From a virus (Duplodnaviria; Caudoviricetes): a stretch of 45,498 nt of DNA. The notes under the pieces are model-generated. The model did no database searches and was not told the DNA's origin. It was given only the letters and a program-made list of their open reading frames with translations. Positions within the stretch are counted from its first letter, which is position 1. Every line of letters starts with the position of its first letter. Where the stretch lies: IMG/VR virus record IMGVR_UViG_3300037834_000022, positions 1 to 45,498 of that record; one strand, given 5' to 3'. Below are positions 25,435-35,349 of this stretch, piece by piece. Both the position numbers and the translations under genes were made by a program.

Positions 25435-25800
25435 ATGAAGATCACTGCAGGGACATTCGGTATCAAGGGCTCGGCTTTCATCGGCGGAGGCAAGCTGCAC
25501 ATCGAGTCATCCAAGAAGGGCAGCTATCTGCCGGCGCAGATTCACAGCGTCGAGGTCGATCAACTGACCGACAAGCGCTTCAGCGTGGGTCGTGCACTAC
25601 TGGGGGCATTCCTACTGGGGCTTCTACTCATGCTGGTGGGTGGGCCCATCGGTTTACTGGCGGGCGTGCTGATCGGCGCACTTGGCGGCTTTGCTGCCGA
25701 CAAGAGCAACGCCGCCGACGTCGCCTTCGTCGACGGCAACAAGGTGCGGCTGATCTGTACCGACCGCGCCGTAAGCAAGTTGATCAGATTCAAGGGCTAA
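25435..25800 (+). CDS. Membrane protein with Gly-rich TM hairpin
   Basis: ALLGAFLLGLLLMLVGGPIGLLAGVLIGALGG. Confidence 0.75.
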   Translation: MKITAGTFGIKGSAFIGGGKLHIESSKKGSYLPAQIHSVEVDQLTDKRFSVGRALLGAFLLGLLLMLVGGPIGLLAGVLIGALGGFAADKSNAADVAFVDGNKVRLICTDRAVSKLIRFKG

Positions 25801-25815
25801 GCCCTCAACGAAATC

Positions 25816-25839
25816 AAAACCCGCTTCGGCGGGTTTTTT
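25816..25839 (+). terminator. Moron terminator (bidirectional)
   Basis: AAAACCCGC-ttcg-GCGGGTTTTTT. Confidence 0.9.
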
Positions 25840-25856
25840 ATTGCCCGGAGAAACAC

Positions 25857-26165
25857 ATGAGCGATGGCGCTGTTGGTAAATCGGTGATCAAGAAGCTGAG
25901 CAGCCGCACTGTGGTTTGCAGCGAGCTGACTGTGGGGCAGGTGCGCGGCCTGTTGCAGGCGAAGCCCGGCGCCGACCTGGTGGACGAGCTGCTGCTGGAA
26001 GACGTGCGCCTGGTAGACCTGCCGGTGTTCACCGGCCTGCCGATTGGCGATATCGAGCAGATGCTGCCCAGTGACCTGGAGCAGGTGGTGGAAGGCTGCA
26101 AGGAGGCCAACCCCAGTTTTTTTCGAATGCTGGCCAAGGTGGCCAGCCTCCGGACGCCAGCCTGA
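25857..26165 (+). CDS. Tail assembly chaperone (gpG-like)
   Basis: Directly upstream of tape measure; ends CKEANPSFF with slippery T7 run. Confidence 0.85.
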   Translation: MSDGAVGKSVIKKLSSRTVVCSELTVGQVRGLLQAKPGADLVDELLLEDVRLVDLPVFTGLPIGDIEQMLPSDLEQVVEGCKEANPSFFRMLAKVASLRTPA

Positions 26166-26263
26166 AAACGCTGGATGAGGTGGCGTGCCGGATGATCCGG
26201 CTCGGCCATCACGGCGTTTGGGGCTACCCGTGGTCGTTGTTTCTGCGCGCGTTGAAGGGGTGA
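26117..26263 (+). CDS. -1 frameshift extension (gpGT-like)
   Basis: T TTT TTT at 26117-26123; -1 frame open to TGA 26261-63, reading ...RLGHHGVWGYPWSLFLRALKG. Confidence 0.8.
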   Translation, partial: FFSNAGQGGQPPDASLKTLDEVACRMIRLGHHGVWGYPWSLFLRALKG

Positions 26264-26266
26264 TGT

Positions 26267-29200
26267 ATGGCTGACGTAGAGCTGCGGCTGGTTGCGGACG
26301 TCGAAAACGCCGTCAAGGGCATCGGCAGCCTGAGCAAGGAATATCAGGGCCTGGTCAGCCAACTGGCCAAGCCGCTGAAGCAGGTGAATGCCTTCCGCGA
26401 GCTGGAAAGCAGCCTGGAGAGTACCGAGCAGCAGGCGCGCCAAGCGCGCGATCGCGTGCGTGACCTCGGCAACGAGCTGGCTCGCACCGCCGAGCCCAGC
26501 AAGCAGCTGACAGCCGAGTATCGCAATGCGGTGAACGAGCTCAAGCGCTTGGAGCGTGCCGAGGGTACCGCCCAGCAGCGCCTGGCTGCGCGCCGCCGTG
26601 AACTGCAGGCCGCTGGCGTTGATACCAGTAACCTGGCTGCCGAGCAGCGACGCTTGAGCCAGGAGATGCAGAAGGCGCTCGGCGAGGGCCGCGCTGACCA
26701 GCAGCTGCGCACCGCGCAGAAAAACCTGGGTGTCGGCGAAATCGAGCGAACCCAGCGCGAGCTGGTTCAACTGCGTAGCGAGTACCGGCTGGTTACGGCC
26801 GACGGCAATCTCTCTGCCAAGCAGCGTGCTGAGGCCGAGGCGAACTACCGGCGTAGCGTGAGCGAGACCCTGGCCTCGCTGCGGCAGTTGCGTGCTGCCG
26901 CAGTGCCAGGACCAGGCCGTGCAGAGGCGCAAGCGGCCCTGCAGGCAGAGGCGCGCGCCGCTGCCGCGGCTGTCGAGCAAACCAAGCAGCTGGCAGCCCA
27001 GCGCGCGCTGGGCGTTGGCAAGATTCAGGAGTCGCAGCAGGCCTTGGTGAAATTGCGCGAGCAGTATCGCCTGGTGATGAGCGACGGCGACCTCTCCGCG
27101 AAGCAGCGCGCCGAAGCCGAGGCGGCCTACCATCGCCGCGTGCAGCAAACCCTGGCGGAACTGCGCAAGCTGCGGGCGGCTACGACCGAGCAGGAGAACC
27201 AGGCCCAGCGCGCCGTGGCGGCTGAGGTGCAGCGCCGGGCCGCGGCGCGTGAGGGCATTCGCGCGCAGTCGGCCGCTATTGCGCAGGCCGCGCGTGAGCA
27301 GCGCATGGCAAGCCTTGAGGCGGCGCGCGCTGACCTTGGCGTAAGTCGTTACCGCCAGCTGCAGGCCGAGCTAGTGCAGGTGCGCAGCCAGTACCAGTTG
27401 CTGCGCACTACCGGCAACCTAACCGGCCGCGAGCTGTCCATCGCGCAACGCGCCATGACCGAGCGTGTACGCGAAACCCAGCGCGCCCTGCGCGAGATGA
27501 ACGCCGAGCAGCGTCGTGGCAGTGGCATTTCCAGCCTGGCCGGCGGCATCGGTGGCGCCATTGGGGCTGTCGGCGCGGGCTATGCGGCTGTTTCCGCCGT
27601 CACCTCGGTGGCGCGCACCGCCGACGCCTACAACCTGATGAACGCTCGCCTGCGCCTGGCCACGACCAGCCAGGAGGAGTTCAACGTCGCCCAGCGCGAG
27701 CTGAGCCGCATTGCCCAGGAAACGGAGGCGCCGGTGCAGTCGCTGGTGACACTGTACGGGCGCATCAGCCGGCCTCTGCGGGATGCCGGGCGCAGCCAGG
27801 ACGATATCCTGCGTCTGACCGAAGCGGTATCCACCTCGTTCCGTGTGTCCGGCGCCACCGCGCAGGAGGCCGAGAACGGTGTGATCCAGTTCGCTCAGGC
27901 GCTGGGCGCCGGCGCGCTGCGCGGCGAAGAGTTCAATAGCGTGGCCGAGCAGGCGCCGCGCTTGATGCAGGCGCTGGCCGACGGCATTGGCGTGCCGGTT
28001 GGTGCGCTGAAGGAAATGGCCGCACAGGGAGAGTTGACCGCTGCGGTGGTGACTGACGCCCTGAGTGGGCAACTGGACGCACTGCGCGAGGAGGCCGAGG
28101 CGCTACCGGATGCCGTTGGTGGTGCAGCGACGAAAGCGGCAGATAAATGGCGAGCAGCGGTTGGCCAGGCCGATGTGCAGCCGCTGATCGACAGCATCAA
28201 TAGCCTGGGCGAGACGCTGAGTGATCCGGTAGTGGTCGATAACCTGGTGACGCTGGCCTCGGCTTTGGCCACTCTGGCTGGCACTGTTGTTGAGGGCGCT
28301 TCCGAGTTCGTCGACTTCGGCAAGCGGATTGCTTTCATTGCTGCCAACGCGTCAGGCCTGGTCGGCGAGCTGGACCAGGTTGACCAGCAGATAGCTGACC
28401 TGGATCGCAGCATTGCTGGTACTGGGCTGAGCACGACCATCGATGGCTTGCTTTACAGCAAGGAGGAACTGCAGGCGAAGCGCGATGCGCTGGTAGCCTT
28501 CCGCGCCTCTATCGTCGAGCAGCAGACAGGGTTGAATGCCGAGGTGAAGCATCTGGCGGATGAAGCAGCTGCTGCCGCCAAGGCTCAGCGTGCCGCCGAG
28601 GTTGCCAGCTACGCCACCTACGTCGCCGACATCGAGACCCTCCGCAAAAGCCAGATCAAGGCCGCTGAAGATGGCGCCAAGAAGCTGGTGGCCGCCGAGA
28701 AGAAGGCGATCAACGACCTGCAGAAGGTGCGCGATGAGCGTCTAAAGATCGACCAGCGCTACCAGCAGGCCCTGGCGGATATCCAGAACGGCCCCGGCTC
28801 GGCGCCGAGCCTGATGCAGTACAGCGCGCTGAAGCGCGGCGCCCAGGCGGCGCTGGACAATGGCGATATCGCCGGTGCCCAGCAGCAGGCCCAGGCGGCG
28901 CTGAAGGTGCTGCAGGATCTGGCCGCCGCCGGCGAGAGCACGGTGGGCTTCAGCTTCTTCGTGCGAGAGCTGCGCGATATCGAACTGGCCGCCAACGACC
29001 TGGAGCAGAGCAACGCCGAGGACAAGCTGGCGAGCATCCGCGATGAGATGCAGCAGCTGAAGGACCAGGCCGCCGCGCTGAAGGAATTGCCGGTTTCGGT
29101 GAAGGCCGACGAGGCCAGCATCGAGCAGGTGCGCACTGCCATCGAAAGCCTGGTGGCACAGCTTGGCCAGCAGGAGGTGGTCATTCCTGTGCGGGTGGTG

Positions 29201-29656
29201 CACCCGGATGGCCCGATCATCAAGGATATCGGGCCGGCACCGCAGGACGTGATACTGCGCGACCTGCCGAAGCTCGCCGGTGGTGGCCAGCTGCGCGGCC
29301 CTGGCACGGGCACCAGCGACAGCATCCTGATGTGGGGCTCCAACGGCGAGTTCATGCAGCCGGTTTCGGCGGTGCAGTACTACGGCAAGGACTTCATGGA
29401 AGCTATCCGCCAGCGGCGCCTGCCGCGCTACGCGACCGGCGGTGAGATCGGCATGCGGCCCATGCCCGCCATTCCACCGCTGGCCCCGGCCCTGCAGCAG
29501 CAACTGTCCGCCCCTGGCGGCGGCGCCGATCAGGACTGGGGCTCGATGGTGATCGACCTGGGCAATGGCCCGGCGCCGATCCGCATGCCGCGCAGCACGG
29601 CCGAGGAGATCCGCCGCGCCGCGCGCAAGTTCGGCAGCACCCGGCCACGCACCTGA
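26267..29656 (+). CDS. Tail tape measure protein
   Basis: 1129 aa, Ala/Gln-rich coiled coil; QFAQALGAGALRGEEFNSV, GPGTGTSDSI..SNGEF. Confidence 0.93.
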   Translation: MADVELRLVADVENAVKGIGSLSKEYQGLVSQLAKPLKQVNAFRELESSLESTEQQARQARDRVRDLGNELARTAEPSKQLTAEYRNAVNELKRLERAEGTAQQRLAARRRELQAAGVDTSNLAAEQRRLSQEMQKALGEGRADQQLRTAQKNLGVGEIERTQRELVQLRSEYRLVTADGNLSAKQRAEAEANYRRSVSETLASLRQLRAAAVPGPGRAEAQAALQAEARAAAAAVEQTKQLAAQRALGVGKIQESQQALVKLREQYRLVMSDGDLSAKQRAEAEAAYHRRVQQTLAELRKLRAATTEQENQAQRAVAAEVQRRAAAREGIRAQSAAIAQAAREQRMASLEAARADLGVSRYRQLQAELVQVRSQYQLLRTTGNLTGRELSIAQRAMTERVRETQRALREMNAEQRRGSGISSLAGGIGGAIGAVGAGYAAVSAVTSVARTADAYNLMNARLRLATTSQEEFNVAQRELSRIAQETEAPVQSLVTLYGRISRPLRDAGRSQDDILRLTEAVSTSFRVSGATAQEAENGVIQFAQALGAGALRGEEFNSVAEQAPRLMQALADGIGVPVGALKEMAAQGELTAAVVTDALSGQLDALREEAEALPDAVGGAATKAADKWRAAVGQADVQPLIDSINSLGETLSDPVVVDNLVTLASALATLAGTVVEGASEFVDFGKRIAFIAANASGLVGELDQVDQQIADLDRSIAGTGLSTTIDGLLYSKEELQAKRDALVAFRASIVEQQTGLNAEVKHLADEAAAAAKAQRAAEVASYATYVADIETLRKSQIKAAEDGAKKLVAAEKKAINDLQKVRDERLKIDQRYQQALADIQNGPGSAPSLMQYSALKRGAQAALDNGDIAGAQQQAQAALKVLQDLAAAGESTVGFSFFVRELRDIELAANDLEQSNAEDKLASIRDEMQQLKDQAAALKELPVSVKADEASIEQVRTAIESLVAQLGQQEVVIPVRVVHPDGPIIKDIGPAPQDVILRDLPKLAGGGQLRGPGTGTSDSILMWGSNGEFMQPVSAVQYYGKDFMEAIRQRRLPRYATGGEIGMRPMPAIPPLAPALQQQLSAPGGGADQDWGSMVIDLGNGPAPIRMPRSTAEEIRRAARKFGSTRPRT

Positions 29657-29667
29657 CCCCCTGAACC

Positions 29668-29691
29668 AAGCCCGCCCCGCGCGGGCTTTTT
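29668..29691 (+). terminator. Terminator after tape measure
   Basis: AAGCCCGC-cccgc-GCGGGCTTTTT. Confidence 0.75.
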
Positions 29692-29708
29692 CATGCCCGG
29701 AGTATTGA

Positions 29709-30227
29709 ATGACTGCCCATCGCGTGATGCTCGGCGGCGTGCCGCTGCGCCTGCAGCATGGTCTGCCGCAGCAGACCTACACCCCGTTGGGTGACGGCCC
29801 GGTGCTGCGGCGTAGCCGCGGTGCGGGGGTGAAGATGCAGCACTGGGACCCGCGCTGGCAGATCACCGTTTCCGGCGAAGGCTGGATGGGGCCGGGGCTG
29901 GCGGCGCTGGACTTCACCCAGGCGCTGGAGCTGCGCTGCACCCAGCAGATGGAGCTGCACACCACCAGCACCAGCACGGTGATCCCCGGCAACGTGCGGC
30001 CGGATGTGGAGCCCTGGGCCCTGGCCTTTACCGGCCGCGACTGGGTGAAAGCGCCGATTACCTGGGACGCCGAAACCAAGGCGGTGACCATCACCCCCGT
30101 GGCCGGCGCGCTGGAGTATCAGGTGTGCTGGATGCCGGTGTTTACCGTGCTGATGGCCCGCCCCACGCGCGGGCTGGACGCCGGCACCAACGTGCACAGC
30201 TGGTCGTTCACCGCCGAGGAGGCCTAA
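29709..30227 (+). CDS. Distal tail protein (putative)
   Basis: Position after tape measure; ends WSFTAEEA. Confidence 0.7.
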   Translation: MTAHRVMLGGVPLRLQHGLPQQTYTPLGDGPVLRRSRGAGVKMQHWDPRWQITVSGEGWMGPGLAALDFTQALELRCTQQMELHTTSTSTVIPGNVRPDVEPWALAFTGRDWVKAPITWDAETKAVTITPVAGALEYQVCWMPVFTVLMARPTRGLDAGTNVHSWSFTAEEA

Positions 30228-30230
30228 CCG

Positions 30231-31979
30231 ATGATCAACGCACTGCTGATCAACGGCGCGCCGATCAACTCGGGCAGCATGGGTGGTGGTGGCGCGGCGG
30301 TGGTTGTCGAGCCGCGGGTGAGCATCCTCTGGCGCGCGCGAGTGATGCTCGACGGCGTGGACGTGAGCGATCTGCTGATCGGCACCATTCGCGTCGAGGA
30401 GGAGCGCGGCGCGGCCAGCCTGGCCGACTGCGCCATTCTGCTCGACCCGGGGCCGGTGAACCCGCTGAGCTACACCGGCAAGCCGTTGAGCATCCACTAC
30501 GTGGAATGGCGCGACGGCGCCTGGGTGGAGTACCTGCTGTTCAGCGGCTGGGTGATTCGCCCGAGCTTCGAGCCGGTGGAGCGCACTGTGGCGTTCGAAT
30601 GCAGCGATCGCATCCAGGATGCCGTCGAGGCGCTGAGCGTGGCGCAGGTCGATGCCCTGGCCGGCGGCTACTGGAGCGCCGACCTGTTCGAGGCGCCCGA
30701 GGGCCGCAGCCGCTGGGACTATCTGCAGGAGCGCCTGAGCACCCGCGCCGCCAGCCTCAACCGCACCGCCGCCGGCACCCTGGTGGTAACGCCTTGGGCG
30801 GCCACCGCGCCGGCGTTCGTGTTCGGCGAGGGTGTGACCATGGATCGCAGCCTGGGCTGGAGTCCGGTCGACCTCTCCGACCGGGTGAACGTGGTGGAGC
30901 TGGAGGCCCTGCAGCGCTTCCCGCGCCTGCGCGAGCGGCACCAGCCGTTCGCCTGGGAGCACCCTGCGGTGGTCGGCCTCTCCGACATTGACGGCTTCTG
31001 CTTCTGGCATACCCAGACCACCGAACTGCCCGATATCCCGATGATCGAGGAGGGCAGCGAGGGCGCCGGGTATCAGGCCATTCTCAACGCGGCCTGGTAT
31101 CGCCTGCCGCTGACCGAGACCGCCGGCCAGAACACCGGCAGCTTCTGCGACCCGCAGTTCGCCTGGGTGAACAACTACCCCGACCTGCTGCTGGGCGGCG
31201 AGTGGACCAGCGCGCGGCGCTGGGTGCAGCCGGTGACCGAGCTGTACCGCATTCGCGTCGAGGCGCCGCAGAGCGTGATCGATGCCGGCGAGGTGATCCG
31301 CCGCGACCGCGTGGCGGTGGACAGCAGCGACAACGAGCGCGCCGACACCTGGGGCGAGGAGGCCTGGACGGCGCCGGCGGCCGACGCCACCCAGGACGCC
31401 CTGGGCGACTGGGTGGTGGACCTGCGCGAGGCGGCGCGCTGGCAGCAGGCGCTGACCTGCGCGGTGGCCATCCAGCGCGTGCAGATACTCGCTGCGCACC
31501 GCGGCAACCGCCTGAGCTGGCAGGTGCCGACCAGCGACGCCATGGGCGTGACCCTGGCCCACACCCTGCGCGTTGAGGACCAGGGCGTTATCTGCGAGGC
31601 GCCGGTGTGGATGCTGGTGCACGAGCTGAGCATCGACGAACAGACGGCGCTCACCACCGTGGTGCAGGGCGTGAGCCAGGGCGGCGGCAGCATCAATGAC
31701 CCGATCACCGTACCGCCTGCCCCACCGAGCACGCCGGCCGGCGAGGTGCCGCTGCTGATCCAGCTGCCGACGCAGCTGGGCGGCCAGGCCGAAAGCCCGC
31801 CGTATGACGAGGAGCTGGACGGCTTCAGCGGCAACTACCCGACGATTCTGGAGCCGTACCCGCGGCGCTTCCAGATCACCGCGCCGGAGATCCCGGCCGA
31901 CCACCAGGACGAGTACGAGGCCGAGGCCACGGTGACATACCGCGTCGCGGTGCCCAATGACCTGTTGGAGTTCGTGTAA
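30231..31979 (+). CDS. Tail tip/hub protein (putative)
   Basis: 582 aa; position. Confidence 0.7.
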   Translation: MINALLINGAPINSGSMGGGGAAVVVEPRVSILWRARVMLDGVDVSDLLIGTIRVEEERGAASLADCAILLDPGPVNPLSYTGKPLSIHYVEWRDGAWVEYLLFSGWVIRPSFEPVERTVAFECSDRIQDAVEALSVAQVDALAGGYWSADLFEAPEGRSRWDYLQERLSTRAASLNRTAAGTLVVTPWAATAPAFVFGEGVTMDRSLGWSPVDLSDRVNVVELEALQRFPRLRERHQPFAWEHPAVVGLSDIDGFCFWHTQTTELPDIPMIEEGSEGAGYQAILNAAWYRLPLTETAGQNTGSFCDPQFAWVNNYPDLLLGGEWTSARRWVQPVTELYRIRVEAPQSVIDAGEVIRRDRVAVDSSDNERADTWGEEAWTAPAADATQDALGDWVVDLREAARWQQALTCAVAIQRVQILAAHRGNRLSWQVPTSDAMGVTLAHTLRVEDQGVICEAPVWMLVHELSIDEQTALTTVVQGVSQGGGSINDPITVPPAPPSTPAGEVPLLIQLPTQLGGQAESPPYDEELDGFSGNYPTILEPYPRRFQITAPEIPADHQDEYEAEATVTYRVAVPNDLLEFV

Positions 31980-32437
31980 TGGCAAGCCTTGCAGAGCAGC
32001 GACGGGCAATCGGTGCCGGCATCACCGCCAGCCGCCAGGCCACCGCCGGCACCGAGCGCCGCGCCATAGGTGCGGCGATGGAGGCCAGCCGGCGCGGCAC
32101 GCTGAAAAACGACCTCAACGCCCTGGAAACCAGCCCACGCAAGAGCGGCCAGCTGCGCACCCTGGAGCGCAAAGGCGCGCGGCCGCCGACCTCGGGCGTG
32201 GGCTACTGGAACCCCAGCCGGGTGCCGAGTAGCGGGGCGGGTATTGCCAGCCCGTTGATCGAGAAGCTGGCCGTGGTGGAGGGCGTGAGCGTGCCCGACC
32301 GCGAATACTGGCCCAACGGCCTGACCACCAGCGACGGGCTGTTCGTGCTGCCGGCGATAAAGACCCTGAACCTGATCGACGCCAACGGCGCCGATGTGCA
32401 GATCCAGCTGGCCGACCCCGAGGGCACCACGGCATGA
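31979..32437 (+). CDS. Tail-associated protein
   Basis: GIASPL, TSDGLF; coupled. Confidence 0.7.
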   Translation: MASLAEQRRAIGAGITASRQATAGTERRAIGAAMEASRRGTLKNDLNALETSPRKSGQLRTLERKGARPPTSGVGYWNPSRVPSSGAGIASPLIEKLAVVEGVSVPDREYWPNGLTTSDGLFVLPAIKTLNLIDANGADVQIQLADPEGTTA

Positions 32438-33894
32438 ACGTACCGCCCTGGGGCTGGCCCTGGCACGGCCGGGTAGACACCCTGAACCGCCTGCACCTGC
32501 CCAACGGGCAGACCATGCCCTACTTCCCGCCGAGCCGCGCCAACCACACCTACCGGGTGAAGGTGCCCGGCGTGGCGCCGGTAGTGCGCACACTCGAGGA
32601 GTTGGCGGCCGACACGGCGCTGGGGCGCGAATGGCGCAACGAGGCCATCATGCAGGCGCACATGCTGTACGGGCGCGAGCTGGATGGCTGGATCTACAGC
32701 GCGCCGGACAACACCCGTTGGGTGATCCGCCTGAGCGGCAGCGCGGTGCGTTTCGGCGTGCTCGGCGGCAAACCCGAGAGCCAGGCGCTGCCGGTGAGCT
32801 GGCCGACGGACGATATCGAGGTAGGCGACGAGCTCAACCTGGGCGGCACGCCGTACCTGGTGCAGCGCTGGCCCCTGCCGGTGGACGTAGCGCCGGACGG
32901 CGCGCGCGCCATCTTCATGCTGTACGCCAACGACCCGAGCTTTAACGTCGGCCTGCGCCCGCTGCCGCTGGGCTTCCAGCTGGTGACGGTGAGCGGGGAG
33001 AGCGGCGCCATCAGCCTGAGCATCACCACCCTGCGCACCCTGGAGCAGACGCTGGGCACGGCGGTATTCGAGGACCTGCGCGAGCGCGAGGAGCGCACCA
33101 ACCGGCAAACCGTGCCGCCGCACCCGGGCACCAGCCGTGACCTGGCGCCGGATCGGCTCAAGAGCGACGACCCGCCCGGTACCGTGTACGCCACTGGCGA
33201 CGCGCAGACCGGCAGCGACTACATGAAATCCGTCGGCACCATGGCCAGCCATGTGCTCGGGCGCATTCTGGCGCTGTGGTTCAACCCGCTGGGCGAGATC
33301 ATCGAATGCACGCTCGACTATCGCATTGACCTGGACGTGAGCTTCCCTGAGATGGAGCGCACGCCCTCGGTGACCGACCCGGATAACAAAGACCGCTGGG
33401 CGCGCATCAATACCCGCCTGCAGCGCGTCGAGCACCTGCTGCAGGTGGGCGGGGTGGAGGTCTACACCTTCTGGCGCACCGATCGCTCGCTGTGGGACAG
33501 CTTCTATCCGGCCATCGGTTCGTTCTACCGCAACGAGTACGAGTGGGAGATGGACGACGGCCGCGGCGAGTTCATCGAGACCATCGACAGCTCGGTGCTG
33601 CTGGAAGACCCGCTCGATGCGCCAACTGACGCCACCCGCCTGTACGCCGGCAACGAATGGCGCCTGCTGAGCAACAACATCGCCGTGCTGCTGCGCGGCT
33701 ACAGCATCGACGACGGGCCGAACCAGGTGCAGTACGCCGGCTGCGCCACCCCGCAGGGCGTGGTGCCGCTGAGCGGCATCGAGGACGGCACCATAAACGT
33801 CAACCAGCCGGCCGGGCCGCTGGAGTTCGCCTGTTTCAACCCGTTCACCGGCGAGATTTCTGACCCGGTGGGCGACACCGTGACTTTCGTGTGA
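32434..33894 (+). CDS. Tail-associated protein
   Basis: WGWPWHG N-terminus, FNPFTG C-terminus; coupled. Confidence 0.7.
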   Translation: MNVPPWGWPWHGRVDTLNRLHLPNGQTMPYFPPSRANHTYRVKVPGVAPVVRTLEELAADTALGREWRNEAIMQAHMLYGRELDGWIYSAPDNTRWVIRLSGSAVRFGVLGGKPESQALPVSWPTDDIEVGDELNLGGTPYLVQRWPLPVDVAPDGARAIFMLYANDPSFNVGLRPLPLGFQLVTVSGESGAISLSITTLRTLEQTLGTAVFEDLREREERTNRQTVPPHPGTSRDLAPDRLKSDDPPGTVYATGDAQTGSDYMKSVGTMASHVLGRILALWFNPLGEIIECTLDYRIDLDVSFPEMERTPSVTDPDNKDRWARINTRLQRVEHLLQVGGVEVYTFWRTDRSLWDSFYPAIGSFYRNEYEWEMDDGRGEFIETIDSSVLLEDPLDAPTDATRLYAGNEWRLLSNNIAVLLRGYSIDDGPNQVQYAGCATPQGVVPLSGIEDGTINVNQPAGPLEFACFNPFTGEISDPVGDTVTFV

Positions 33895-33901
33895 GGCCCG
33901 C

Positions 33902-34744
33902 ATGCAGCTATTTCTGAACAACTGGAGCGCCGCGCTGACCGTTGCCGCCACCGACGCCGACACGGCGATGACGGTAGCGCCCGAGGCGGCCGCGCTGCTC
34001 GGCGAGATCACCCCCGGCGACCACTACGTCGCGACGCTGGAGGGCGAGGCCGGTATCGAGATTGTGCACATCACCGCCACTGCCGCTGGCGAGCTGACGG
34101 TGCTGCGCGCGCAGGAGAGTACTGCGGCCCTGTTCTGGCCGGCTGGTGCGGCATTGGAGCTGCGCATCACCGCCGCCACGCTGGCGGCGCTGCAGAGTTC
34201 GGGCGGTGGTGGCGGGGGTAGCGTTTTCGGCACGCCGCGCCTGCCGCTCAACGCCATGGTTTGCCCGTTCGAGCTGACGACCGGCGGCAACATCAGCTAC
34301 CTCGCCAACACCCTCTACGCGGTGCCGTTCGAACCGGCCTACGCGATGACCATCGACCAGGTGGGCATCCGCATCCAGGTGGCCAACGCCAGCGTGACGG
34401 TGCGCGTGGCGCTGTTCACGGCCGACGAGGACGGCTGGCCCGACGAGCGCATCGACCTGGTCAACATCTCGGCGGCCAGCAGTGGCCATCAGGTTGGGGC
34501 GCTGAGCCTGCCGCGCGAGTTGGAGCCTGGGCGCCTGTATTGGCTGGTAATTCAGCCGACTGGCGGCAGCGTGAACCTGGTGAACGTCGGCGCGCGCGCC
34601 ATCGGCATGACCAGCACCGGCATCAGCGCTCGCATCCTGCGCCGCTCCAGCGCCTCGATGCCGGCCACCTGGTCGTTCGTGCCTTCCGACCTCGATCTGG
34701 CAATCGACGCCTCGCCGTTCGTCTCCATCCGCCGCAGCGCATAA
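33902..34744 (+). CDS. Tail fibre/spike-like protein
   Basis: EIVHITA..LTVLRAQE...WPAG..LELRITA N-domain, Gly linker, beta-rich C-domain. Confidence 0.7.
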   Translation: MQLFLNNWSAALTVAATDADTAMTVAPEAAALLGEITPGDHYVATLEGEAGIEIVHITATAAGELTVLRAQESTAALFWPAGAALELRITAATLAALQSSGGGGGGSVFGTPRLPLNAMVCPFELTTGGNISYLANTLYAVPFEPAYAMTIDQVGIRIQVANASVTVRVALFTADEDGWPDERIDLVNISAASSGHQVGALSLPRELEPGRLYWLVIQPTGGSVNLVNVGARAIGMTSTGISARILRRSSASMPATWSFVPSDLDLAIDASPFVSIRRSA

Positions 34745-34773
34745 CCCTCTCACCCTGAACCGGAGTAGCCAGC

Positions 34774-35349
34774 ATGCAGCCGGCCTGCGAAAACCTGCCC
34801 GTCACCCCGGGCACCACCTACCGCGACACCGTGCGGCTGATGCAGCCGGCGTTCGTCTACCTGCCGATCACCACCATCGCCGGCACGTCGAGCGGGGTGC
34901 GCCTCACCGTTGAGCACGGCCTGGCCGGCGATTGGCCGGTGTGGGTGCGCGGCGTGGTGGGCATGCCCGCGCTCAACCGCGAGCCGGGCAAGGCGACGCC
35001 CTGGCGCGCCAGGCGCCTGGATGCCGACGCCCTGGAAATCAACCAGCTCTCCGGCGCCGGCCTCGCGCCCAGCGGCGGCGAGCTGGCCTACAACCTGCCG
35101 GTGGACCTGGCCGGCGCCACGCTGGCCATGCGCTTTACCCGCGACGGCCAGCAGCTGCTGCAGCTCACCCTCGGCGCCGGCCTGGCCAGCCCTTCGCCGG
35201 GCACCATCACCCGCGAACTCACGCCGGCGCAGACCGCGCTGCTCACCGGCGCCTGGCGCTACACCCTGGACGTGACGTTCAGCGACGGCACGGTGACCCG
35301 CTACTACGAAGGCGGCCCGGCGCCGGCGCGGTGTGGCAATGGATGCTGA
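34774..35349 (+). CDS. Tail/baseplate-associated protein
   Basis: PGTTYRD, PVDLAG, WRYTLDV. Confidence 0.65.
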   Translation: MQPACENLPVTPGTTYRDTVRLMQPAFVYLPITTIAGTSSGVRLTVEHGLAGDWPVWVRGVVGMPALNREPGKATPWRARRLDADALEINQLSGAGLAPSGGELAYNLPVDLAGATLAMRFTRDGQQLLQLTLGAGLASPSPGTITRELTPAQTALLTGAWRYTLDVTFSDGTVTRYYEGGPAPARCGNGC

